Source: Fibrobacterota bacterium
GTDB lineage: Bacteria; Fibrobacterota; Fibrobacteria; UBA11236
Assembly: GCA_043753995.1 (NCBI GenBank)
Contig: JAYUVP010000042.1
Span: forward strand, 1-16,779
Direction: 5' to 3'
Length of the DNA stretch: 16,779 bases
The translations under genes and the position numbers were made by a program. How positions within the stretch are numbered: position 1 is the first letter of the stretch; each line of letters begins with the position of its first letter. The notes beneath the pieces were generated by a model. That model made no database searches, was not told the origin of the DNA, and worked only from the letters and a program-made list of their open reading frames with translations. Positions 1-7,401 of the stretch are shown here, piece after piece.

Positions 1-478
1 CTTCTTCGCCAAAAAGCATATCGAAGACCACGGCATGGGTCAATTCATGTTTGAGGACATGAAAAAAATCGGTGTAACTGCCTTCAAAGGGAAGGACGAT
101 GCGATTCTTAAAAATTTCAGTGAAGCCGCCAATGCCTTCATGTAGGGGCAAGCGAATGACATTCGTCTGTTCAAATTCGGCATGGGAATTATGCACAATA
201 ATGGGTACGCGGGCTGAGAGACGGTGTCCCACCGTCGCCGAAACACTGCGATACATGGATTCAACTTGTTGGCCCGCAAAGCGGGCAATGGGCTCGGTTT
301 CCTGAGGGAAATAAATATCGAAATGTTCGGTTTGCAAATAGGACCATTTGAAGCGTCGGTATTGCACCTTATTCTGACCGAAATCCGTGGCCGCATTTGT
401 TTCGGCGAAGGCCCCAAGCAATAAAAAAGCAGCCAAGAAAAACTTCTTGCAACGGGATAAATACACCGATAGCCTCAT
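1..478 (-). CDS. Partial (3' end beyond window): secreted zinc metallopeptidase (HExxH) domain protein, probably the N-terminus of a peptidase + PD40/TolB-propeller + Omp85-type protein
   Basis: Manual translation from ATG 478 is open to the edge: MRLSVYLSRCKKFFLAAFLLLGAFAETNAATDFGQNKVQYRRFKWSYLQTEHFDIYF...EGIGGFTEIFKNRIVLPFEGSYTDFFHVLKHELTHAVVFDMLFGEE. It has a signal peptide, FGQNKVQY at 359-382 and HELTH at 35-49. The ATG overlaps the aroD stop (ATGA). The downstream domain architecture is recalled family knowledge and is not visible here. Confidence 0.85.
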   Translation of the reverse strand, partial: MRLSVYLSRCKKFFLAAFLLLGAFAETNAATDFGQNKVQYRRFKWSYLQTEHFDIYFPQETEPIARFAGQQVESMYRSVSATVGHRLSARVPIIVHNSHAEFEQTNVIRLPLHEGIGGFTEIFKNRIVLPFEGSYTDFFHVLKHELTHAVVFDMLFGEE

Positions 479-1278
479 GCCCGACCTTTCTCCAATTGCT
501 TTTGAGTCTCCGCCCACAAAGATTCCACTGTCGCTGATTTCAAGGACAATTCTGTTTTTTCGGCCAGCAAGTTCAAAGCCCTTCGCAATTCCGCCACGGG
601 CCATTGCCCTGGCGCCACCGCCATGCCTGAGAGAAAACCATAGGTAAGTGGGCAGCCAAGCAAAGGCGCCAAAACGCGAGATAGCTTGCCGATTTCACCC
701 ATGGAAAAAATACCGGAGAGGGGCCAAGACTCCGCGACAAGCCTGGCAAATCGCAACAAGTTGAAAACCTCGGCCTCCGATTTACACGTCACCGCCATTT
801 TGACCCCGACGGGTTGCCTTTCTCCTAGCCTTTTCAGCCAATGGGAATATTCCTCGGGGGAATAGGCGCCATCAAATCGGTGATGCGATATCAGCACGGA
901 CAAATTCGAAGGCCGGAAATAGGAAACCCAATCCGGACCGGTTTGAGTGAATCCCTCGATTTCAATGTCGAGAATATCTGGCTTAACCTCGGATTTGAGA
1001 CAAGCCAAATCATCCCATATTGCCCGCCGCCCGTCCACTTCCGCATTTTGCCAACGGCCACCATCGCTTTGCAAGCGAAGGGTGTGCATCAAGGTCAGAG
1101 GCTTCCGGCTCTCGCCACGCAAGCGCCGCGCAAACTCGGTATACTCCTTGCGTCCGCCTTCGGGAAATAAATCGCCGCGAAATTCTACGGCATCGCATTC
1201 GCTTAAGGCAGCTAAGGCAGGGTCACTTGCAAGATACTCCGGCGTGACAATTCCCAATACCAGGCCGGGGAGGGGCAT
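475..1278 (-). CDS. aroD: 3-dehydroquinate dehydratase, type I
   Basis: Type I DHQase motifs: VEFRGD, TLR..SDGG, LDIE, ISHH.F (catalytic His region), VKMAV (Schiff-base Lys), SMGEIGKLSRV, APGQ. Start moved from 1449 to ATG 1278 (MPLPGLVLG, 267 aa) because the longer start overlaps the divergent gene. Confidence 0.88.
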   Translation of the reverse strand: MPLPGLVLGIVTPEYLASDPALAALSECDAVEFRGDLFPEGGRKEYTEFARRLRGESRKPLTLMHTLRLQSDGGRWQNAEVDGRRAIWDDLACLKSEVKPDILDIEIEGFTQTGPDWVSYFRPSNLSVLISHHRFDGAYSPEEYSHWLKRLGERQPVGVKMAVTCKSEAEVFNLLRFARLVAESWPLSGIFSMGEIGKLSRVLAPLLGCPLTYGFLSGMAVAPGQWPVAELRRALNLLAEKTELSLKSATVESLWAETQKQLEKGRA

Positions 1279-1308
1279 TTTTGTAACTTGAGCCACGATG
1301 CGGAAAGG

Positions 1309-1314
1309 TACAAT
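1309..1314 (+). promoter_or_regulatory. Possible -10 element (TACAAT) for the TPR-like gene
   Basis: TACAAT at 1309-1314 in the 79-bp divergent gap. TTGAGC at 1288-1293 gives only a 15-nt spacer, so the -35 is weak. Confidence 0.3.
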
Positions 1315-1357
1315 CCGGCATCCCCAGAAATTTCTTTTCGACCGGGGATTCGCCTTC

Positions 1358-2440
1358 ATGCCTAAGTTCTCGATCTTGCCTGCAAAGCCTGCCCGTGCTT
1401 TCTCTTGGCTTGCAATATTTGTTTGCTTTTTTCTTGCCTTGGACTCCATTGCCGCGCCCCCTCAAGGTTGTTTGGACCGAATCGGTCATCTTGAAGCCGA
1501 CTCCCTACTGAATCGCGGACTCGAATGGGCTCAACAAGGCGACTATGAGTCGGCATTGCAAACTCTGAACTCTCCCGCCCTGCTTTCCTGGCGAGGCACG
1601 CCTTATTTTCGCGGCTTAGTCCTGCTGCAAAAGACCGAGGATTTGGGCGACACTGCGGCCTTTTTCGAAGCCTCCCAGCTTTGGTCCCAGCTTTGGAAGG
1701 GATCGGCAAAAACAGATTCCAACTCTGAAAAGTCTTGGGCCTCGGCCAATCTACCCCTGATTCGAACCCTGGCTGGATTACAGTGGGCCGGAGCTTTACA
1801 AAAGCGTGGGCAGACCTGGAAATCGACCCGAATTTCCTTGCAAGCCCAGAAAGCCTTGAAGGCCCAGCGGAATTGCCCCGAAGCCGAAGCCGGTTTGGCT
1901 CTATTCGATTATTACAGCGCCGTCTTGCTTGCTAAAATTCCCTTTGTCAGCGACGATAGGCAAGCGGCAGCCCACCGCCTGGATTCAGCCTCGCGGCTCT
2001 GCTTTCGCCTCGGGTCCGTTTTACGCACCGCCTGGCTTTGGACCGAATTCGATCAAGGTCGCTATCAAGCCGGCCTAGATCACCTGCAAGAGTCCTTGAC
2101 GAGATACCCGAATCATCGTCTTAATCGACAAATGCTGGGTGACTTTCAGTTTCGAAAAGGCTTGGTGAAAGAAGCTCTGGCGAGCTATCGAATCGCCTTT
2201 TCCGCCTATCGCCCGCCCCAACCACGCGTCTCATGGAAGTTACTGCCCATCGGCTATTTGAGTTGTGCCGGCAATTTGGCAAGAATTCATGCAGCGCTCG
2301 GTGCAAAAGACAGCGCCCTTGTTTATTTGGACATTTGGGAAGCCAAGCCCTATGCCTCCTTACAGGAATGGCTCCCACCTAGCCTAGTTTCGGCATTAAA
2401 ACCATTGCGAAATCGGCTAAAAATGGCTTCGGCTCCCTAA
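1358..2440 (+). CDS. Secreted tetratricopeptide-repeat-like helical protein
   Basis: From ATG 1358: basic N-region plus hydrophobic stretch (MPKFSILPAKPARAFSWLAIFVCFFLALDSIAA). TPR-like helices include GLEWAQQGDYESALQTL and QGRYQAGLDHLQESLTRYPNH...LGDFQFRKGLVKEALASYRIA. The alternative start at 1298 is less likely. Confidence 0.7.
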   Translation: MPKFSILPAKPARAFSWLAIFVCFFLALDSIAAPPQGCLDRIGHLEADSLLNRGLEWAQQGDYESALQTLNSPALLSWRGTPYFRGLVLLQKTEDLGDTAAFFEASQLWSQLWKGSAKTDSNSEKSWASANLPLIRTLAGLQWAGALQKRGQTWKSTRISLQAQKALKAQRNCPEAEAGLALFDYYSAVLLAKIPFVSDDRQAAAHRLDSASRLCFRLGSVLRTAWLWTEFDQGRYQAGLDHLQESLTRYPNHRLNRQMLGDFQFRKGLVKEALASYRIAFSAYRPPQPRVSWKLLPIGYLSCAGNLARIHAALGAKDSALVYLDIWEAKPYASLQEWLPPSLVSALKPLRNRLKMASAP

Positions 2441-2652
2441 TTAAAAATCAGATTCTTTCCGATTGGGTGCTTTGAAGGGGCTTCTTCCATCTCCCCTTGC
2501 AATGGTTTTTGATTTCACTCGATTTCGTCAAGGTTTCAGACCCTCGCAACACGGCCTTTATTATTTTAAAGAATCTGGCCCAGGCCACCAGGCCCTTACC
2601 CTGATCCTCCGACCAGTTTTCCTTCAGGTCCCCATGGAGAAGTGATGCACCT

Positions 2653-4539
2653 ATGATTTCGGCCGCCCCCAATTCCGGTTCTACCGCTAAGATCCTTGAA
2701 GAAGTTGAATCGGTCACTATTCGCTTCGCCGGAGATTCCGGCGACGGCATGCAAGTGACTGGAAATCAATTCACTGACGCTTCCGCCGCTTTCGGGAATG
2801 ACCTTGCCACCTTGCCTGATTACCCAGCGGAAATTCGCGCCCCGGCGGGAACCGTGGCCGGAGTGAGCGCCTATCAAATTCACTTCGCTTCGCATGATAT
2901 ACGCACTCCCGGCGACGACTTGAACGTATTGGTTGCCATGAATGCCGCGGCGCTCAAGGCGAATCTTGCCGATCTGGAACAAGGTGGCATTCTCGTCGTT
3001 GACGAGGCCGGATTCACCGAAAAAGACATCGAAAAGGCGGAAATGAAGTCCAATCCGCTGGAAGATGGGTCACTTGCCGGTTACCGTCTCATTCGAGCGA
3101 ATCTGACCGAATTGACCATGAATGCGGTGAAGGAAGTGGGTCTAGCCGGTAAGCAAGCCGAGTTATGCAAGAATTTCTTTACCCTTGGCGTCATGTTTTG
3201 GCTTTACGATCGCCCGGTCGAACATACTTTCAACTGGCTCGAAGAAAAATACGGGGTCAAGTCTAAGTACAAGGACAAGCCTCAAATTGCCGCGGGCAAT
3301 AAGGCCGCCCTTACCGCGGGCTACAATTATGCTGAAACCGTTGAGCTTTTCCACACGCATTATCGCGTGAAAAAAGCCGACCTTCCCAAAGGCAAATACC
3401 GCAAGATTTCCGGCAATGAGGCGTCGGCCATTGGCCTTATCGCCGCGTCCCAATTATCGGGCCGCCAACTTTTTCTTGGCAGTTATCCCATTACCCCCGC
3501 TTCCGACATTCTTCACCAACTTTCGAAGTACAAGAATTTCGGCATTATCACCTTTCAAGCGGAAGACGAAATTGCCGCCATCGGCTCGGCCATCGGGGCT
3601 TCCTATGCTGGCGCCATGGCCGTGACCACAACCTCGGGTCCAGGAATGCTGCTTAAGGCTGAGGCCATGAATTTGGCCGTCATGACCGAGCTTCCCTTGG
3701 TAGTTATCGACGTTCAACGCGGTGGGCCTTCCACAGGATTGCCGACCAAGACCGAGCAAAGCGATTTAACCATGGCCCTTTTTGGTCGCAATGGCGACAG
3801 TCCCATGCCTGTCATTGCTGCGCGCTCGCCATCCGACTGCTTTAATATGGCCGTCGAAGCGGCTCGCATTGCCATGAAATACATGACACCGGTGATTTTG
3901 CTCACGGATGGCTATATCGCCAATGGCTCCGAGCCCTGGCTTTTGCCTGATATCGCCAGCCTACCGAAATTCGTTGTGCCCCTCGCCAGCATGGGCGAAG
4001 AATTTTACCCCTATGAGCGGAATCCGGAAACCATGGCTCGCAAGTGGGCCATTCCTGGAACCAAGGGCTTAGAACATCGCATTGGCGGCTTAGAAAAGTC
4101 ACAAAAAACCGGCATGGTCGCCTATGATCCGGATAATCACCAGATTATGACACGTGACCGCCATGCCAAGGTGGCTCGTATCGCCGAGGACATTCCCCTG
4201 CAAGAAGTGACCGGCATCCCCGAAGCTTCGACCTTGGTCGTCTCCTGGGGTGGCACCTATGGCACGGTAACCACGGCAGTGGAAGAAAGCAATCGCCTGG
4301 GGCGCCGTCTGGCCCATGTGCATCTCAACTATATCAATCCCTTCCCAGCCAATTTGGGAGATATTTTGCGCCGCTACCGCCAAATCGTGGTGCCTGAATT
4401 GAATATGGGGCAATTGCGCTTCGTCCTCGCAGGCACTTATGGCATTCATGTGCGCGGCATCAATCAAGTTCGCGGTAAGCCATTCAAAGTCTCGCATTTG
4501 GTTCATGAATTCCAGTCCCTTCCTGAAGGCCTAATATGA
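2653..4539 (+). CDS. korA: 2-oxoacid:ferredoxin oxidoreductase alpha subunit (fused gamma-alpha; 2-oxoglutarate-type likely)
   Basis: IRFAGDSGDGMQ, PAEIRAPAG, YPITP, QAEDEIAA, TTTSGPG, DVQRGGPSTGLPTK. 628 aa; GGAG at 2636-2639. Substrate specificity is inferred. Confidence 0.93.
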   Translation: MISAAPNSGSTAKILEEVESVTIRFAGDSGDGMQVTGNQFTDASAAFGNDLATLPDYPAEIRAPAGTVAGVSAYQIHFASHDIRTPGDDLNVLVAMNAAALKANLADLEQGGILVVDEAGFTEKDIEKAEMKSNPLEDGSLAGYRLIRANLTELTMNAVKEVGLAGKQAELCKNFFTLGVMFWLYDRPVEHTFNWLEEKYGVKSKYKDKPQIAAGNKAALTAGYNYAETVELFHTHYRVKKADLPKGKYRKISGNEASAIGLIAASQLSGRQLFLGSYPITPASDILHQLSKYKNFGIITFQAEDEIAAIGSAIGASYAGAMAVTTTSGPGMLLKAEAMNLAVMTELPLVVIDVQRGGPSTGLPTKTEQSDLTMALFGRNGDSPMPVIAARSPSDCFNMAVEAARIAMKYMTPVILLTDGYIANGSEPWLLPDIASLPKFVVPLASMGEEFYPYERNPETMARKWAIPGTKGLEHRIGGLEKSQKTGMVAYDPDNHQIMTRDRHAKVARIAEDIPLQEVTGIPEASTLVVSWGGTYGTVTTAVEESNRLGRRLAHVHLNYINPFPANLGDILRRYRQIVVPELNMGQLRFVLAGTYGIHVRGINQVRGKPFKVSHLVHEFQSLPEGLI

Positions 4540-5546
4540 GCACCGACACTATTGCCCCCGCTCTGACGCGCAAGGATTTCGTCTCGCCGGTCGCCATTCG
4601 TTGGTGCCCAGGATGCGGTGATTACAGCATTCTCTCCACCTTGCAAGGTGTCTTGCCGAATCTCGGCATTCCGAAGGAAAACTTCGTTTTCATTTCGGGA
4701 ATAGGCTGTTCCAGCCGCTTTCCCTATTACATGAATACCTTCGGATTTCACACCATTCACGGTCGCGCGCCCACCATCGCCACCGGCGTGAAATTGGCCA
4801 ACCCAGACCTACAGGTGTGGGTGATTACGGGAGATGGTGACGCCCTTAGCATTGGCGGCAACCATTTCATTCATGCCTTGCGCCGAAATGTCGACGTGAA
4901 AATCATCTTGTTCAATAATCGCATTTACGGTTTGACCAAGGGCCAATACTCGCCGACTTCTGTCACAGGAACGGTTTCTCCTTCGACGCCCATGGGCTCG
5001 GTGGATCAGCCCCTGTCTCCGATCAGTTTGGCCTTGGGAGCCGAAGTGGGTTTTGTGGCTCGCACGGCCGACAATGACGTTAAGCACATGACCGAGGTGT
5101 TTCAAGCCGCTGCGGCTTATAAGGGTTCGGCCCTCATCGAAGTCTTACAGAATTGCGTCATCTTCGCGGACAAAGTGCATGAGCCCTATTATGGCCGAGC
5201 CACCAAGCAGGATGGATTGCTGTTTTTAAAGCACGGCCAACCTATGCGCTATGGTAAGGAATTGGAACGTGGATTGGCTTTGAATGGCTTTCATGTTGAG
5301 GCACGCACCAATCCAGCGGAAAACGAAGTTATGGTGCATGATGAAACCGAAAAAACCGGTGCCCTAGCATTTCATTTGTCGCGCTTGAATTTTCCGGAAT
5401 TTCCCGTGCCCATGGGCATTTTCCGGAATGTTTCCCGCCCCGTCTACCACGAAGGCGTGCATGCTCAAATCAAGACGGCTCAAGCGAAAAGCGTTGGCAA
5501 CTTGGATAAGCTTTTCAATTCAGGCAATACTTGGGTCGTTGAATAA
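4536..5546 (+). CDS. korB: 2-oxoacid:ferredoxin oxidoreductase beta subunit (TPP and [4Fe-4S] binding)
   Basis: WCPGCGD, SGIGCSS, HGRA, TPP motif GDGD...NN, YGLTKGQYSPT, QNCVIF. ATGA overlap with korA. Confidence 0.93.
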   Translation: MSTDTIAPALTRKDFVSPVAIRWCPGCGDYSILSTLQGVLPNLGIPKENFVFISGIGCSSRFPYYMNTFGFHTIHGRAPTIATGVKLANPDLQVWVITGDGDALSIGGNHFIHALRRNVDVKIILFNNRIYGLTKGQYSPTSVTGTVSPSTPMGSVDQPLSPISLALGAEVGFVARTADNDVKHMTEVFQAAAAYKGSALIEVLQNCVIFADKVHEPYYGRATKQDGLLFLKHGQPMRYGKELERGLALNGFHVEARTNPAENEVMVHDETEKTGALAFHLSRLNFPEFPVPMGIFRNVSRPVYHEGVHAQIKTAQAKSVGNLDKLFNSGNTWVVE

Positions 5547-5567
5547 TCGTTTTTAGTTCGGTAAAAT
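5539..5567 (+). promoter_or_regulatory. Candidate sigma70 promoter for the lipoprotein-ccsB-ccsA unit
   Basis: TTGAAT (5539-5544), 17 nt, TAAAAT (5562-5567). Confidence 0.5.
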
Positions 5568-5569
5568 AA

Positions 5570-5608
5570 GGGTGGTTGGGAGGCTCTCCTGACCACCTTT
5601 TCTATTTT
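5570..5608 (+). terminator. Intrinsic terminator after korB
   Basis: Stem GGTGGTTGGGA (5571-5581) / TCCTGACCACC (5587-5597), 11 bp with two G.U pairs, followed by TTTTCTATTTT. Confidence 0.75.
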
Positions 5609-5614
5609 ATTGGG

Positions 5615-6250
5615 ATGTATAGAATCGGTTTGATATCCCTGTTTGCCTTCGGACTCGCGTGCCTGGGACTTTCGAGCTGTCAGCGCTCGGAGCCTCGCGT
5701 CTACGACGAAATCGCTTTCAAGCCCATTTCCAAAAGCCCGCTTATGGATGCCTTGAACGCCTCACCGGTCGATGTGCAGGTCGGCTGGACCTTGCCTGGT
5801 AACTGGTTGATGAAAGACTCCTCCAGCGGTATGCGGGCAGGCAGCTTTGCCATTCAAGATTCTAATCTCATGAATACAGGTGAAGTCGATCCCAATGCTG
5901 TTGACGTATCCGTGACGCATTTCGCGGGCGATGCGGGAGGCCTTGAGCGCAATGTCCAACGCTGGATGGGGCAAATTGGCGTCCGTCTCGACTCCATCGA
6001 GCTTTCTGCCTTGCTAAGCAATGCCACCACCTTCAAAACCCTAACCGGCGAAGAGGGTCGCTTCATTGACTTGACCACGCTTTTGTCCGGAGATCTCACC
6101 CAAGATAAAAGCATATTCGGCGCCATAGTTCCTGGCGACGGTTACACCTTATTCGTCAAAGCCATGGGCGAAAAAGGCAAGGTCGTAAGCGCACGCGATG
6201 AGGTTCGGGTTTTCAGCCGCTCCTTGGTCTTAAAAGCGGAGTCCAAATGA
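5615..6250 (+). CDS. Uncharacterised lipoprotein (possible PsbP/DcrB-like fold) associated with cytochrome c biogenesis genes
   Basis: ATG 5615 gives MYRIGLISLFAFGLACLGLSS-C (lipobox LSSC, Cys22). Motifs WTLPGNW, MRAGSF, GGLERNVQRWMGQ, LFVKAMG. ATGA overlap with the next gene. The track start (TTG 5576) lies inside the terminator and is unlikely. Confidence 0.8.
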   Translation: MYRIGLISLFAFGLACLGLSSCQRSEPRVYDEIAFKPISKSPLMDALNASPVDVQVGWTLPGNWLMKDSSSGMRAGSFAIQDSNLMNTGEVDPNAVDVSVTHFAGDAGGLERNVQRWMGQIGVRLDSIELSALLSNATTFKTLTGEEGRFIDLTTLLSGDLTQDKSIFGAIVPGDGYTLFVKAMGEKGKVVSARDEVRVFSRSLVLKAESK

Positions 6251-7401
6251 ATGCCCCATCGCTGAGCTGGCGCCAACGCTGCGCTCGCCATCCCGTCACT
6301 CGCTGGTTACTGCATCCAGGCATCACTCTCGTCTCCTTGATTTTGCTGTTTTTATTGATCTTTTTCGGGACTTTGTATCAAACCGATCACGGCCTTTATG
6401 AAGCCCAGAGAAAATTTTTCGGCTATGGCATAGTGCTTTTGGGCGGTTATGTTCCTGTGCCTTCGGCCAGTCTCGTGCTTTGGGTGCTTTCTATTCAGTT
6501 GGTGATCACGGTGGCCTTGGTACTTCCCTGGCGCTGGCGAAAATTCGGGCTTTGGATTTCTCATCTCGGCATTCTTTCTCTTCTCATCGGCGGCTTCGTC
6601 ACCCAAATACTGGCACAAGAATCACAAGCGACTTTAGCCGAAGGCGAAACCGCCAATTACAGTACCTCCTATCATGATTGGGAATTAGCGTTTTGGGTCA
6701 CGAACGCGGATACCAATCATGTGGTTGCCTGGGGTTCAGAGGATTTGCAACCTGGGCGCAGTCTCAAGGTTCCCCCCTATCCCTTTGAAATTACGGTCGA
6801 CGCCTATTTCCCCAATTCGGCAGCGTTCAATAGCAGCGCCACGGGAGGCAAATCCGCCGCCATCAATCCCTCCGGCATTGCCATGCTGGAATCCAGGCCG
6901 CTGGATAAAGAGGTTGAGAAAAACACTCCCGGAATTCTTTTTACCCTGAAACAACCTGGGCATAAAGACAAAAAAATTCAGCTCTATGGCTTGGAGTCGC
7001 AGCCCTTGCTTCTGAAAGACGGCGGCCAAATGGTTCGCTGTCAATTGAGACTAAAGCATTATCCCTTGCCCTTCTGGGTGAAGCTTACAGAATTCACCCG
7101 CACCCTTCATCCTGGCACCGACATGGCGGCAAGCTATGAGAGTACGGTGGATTTAATCGAAAACAATGAATCGCGGCCGGTGCGCATTTACATGAATAAC
7201 CCTTTGCGGCATGATGGCTATACCTTTTTTCAAGCCTCTTTCAGCCAGGAGCAAAACGGCACCGAGCGTTCAACCTTTGCCGTGGTCACAAATCCAGGCC
7301 GCTTGCTGCCTTATATATCCAGCATCACTGTTTTTGCTGGCCTACTGATTCATTTCCTCCTCATTTTCGTGGGCTATGCCCGCAGGGAGGGCGCGGTATG
7401 A
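6247..7401 (+). CDS. ccsB: Cytochrome c biogenesis protein, ResB/CcsB-like (System II)
   Basis: Three N-terminal TM segments (FFGT in TM1, His106 in WISHLG in TM3), a beta-rich periplasmic region (LPFWVKLTEF, YES.V, IYMNNPLRHDGYTFFQASF) and a C-terminal TM after NPG. Confidence 0.85.
   Translation: MNAPSLSWRQRCARHPVTRWLLHPGITLVSLILLFLLIFFGTLYQTDHGLYEAQRKFFGYGIVLLGGYVPVPSASLVLWVLSIQLVITVALVLPWRWRKFGLWISHLGILSLLIGGFVTQILAQESQATLAEGETANYSTSYHDWELAFWVTNADTNHVVAWGSEDLQPGRSLKVPPYPFEITVDAYFPNSAAFNSSATGGKSAAINPSGIAMLESRPLDKEVEKNTPGILFTLKQPGHKDKKIQLYGLESQPLLLKDGGQMVRCQLRLKHYPLPFWVKLTEFTRTLHPGTDMAASYESTVDLIENNESRPVRIYMNNPLRHDGYTFFQASFSQEQNGTERSTFAVVTNPGRLLPYISSITVFAGLLIHFLLIFVGYARREGAV

Noticed and set aside
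40..424. Track ORFs 40..417 (-), 99..305 (+) and 224..424 (+)
   Set aside because: They are off-frame or antisense to the motif-bearing gene starting at 478 (-).
1279..1449. 57-aa N-terminal extension of AroD
   Set aside because: It overlaps the divergent TPR-like gene and has no DHQase features; ATG 1278 gives a normal length.
2448..2750. Short ORFs 2448..2750 (-) and 2463..2645 (+) upstream of korA
   Set aside because: No recognisable motifs; they cover the likely promoter region or overlap korA.
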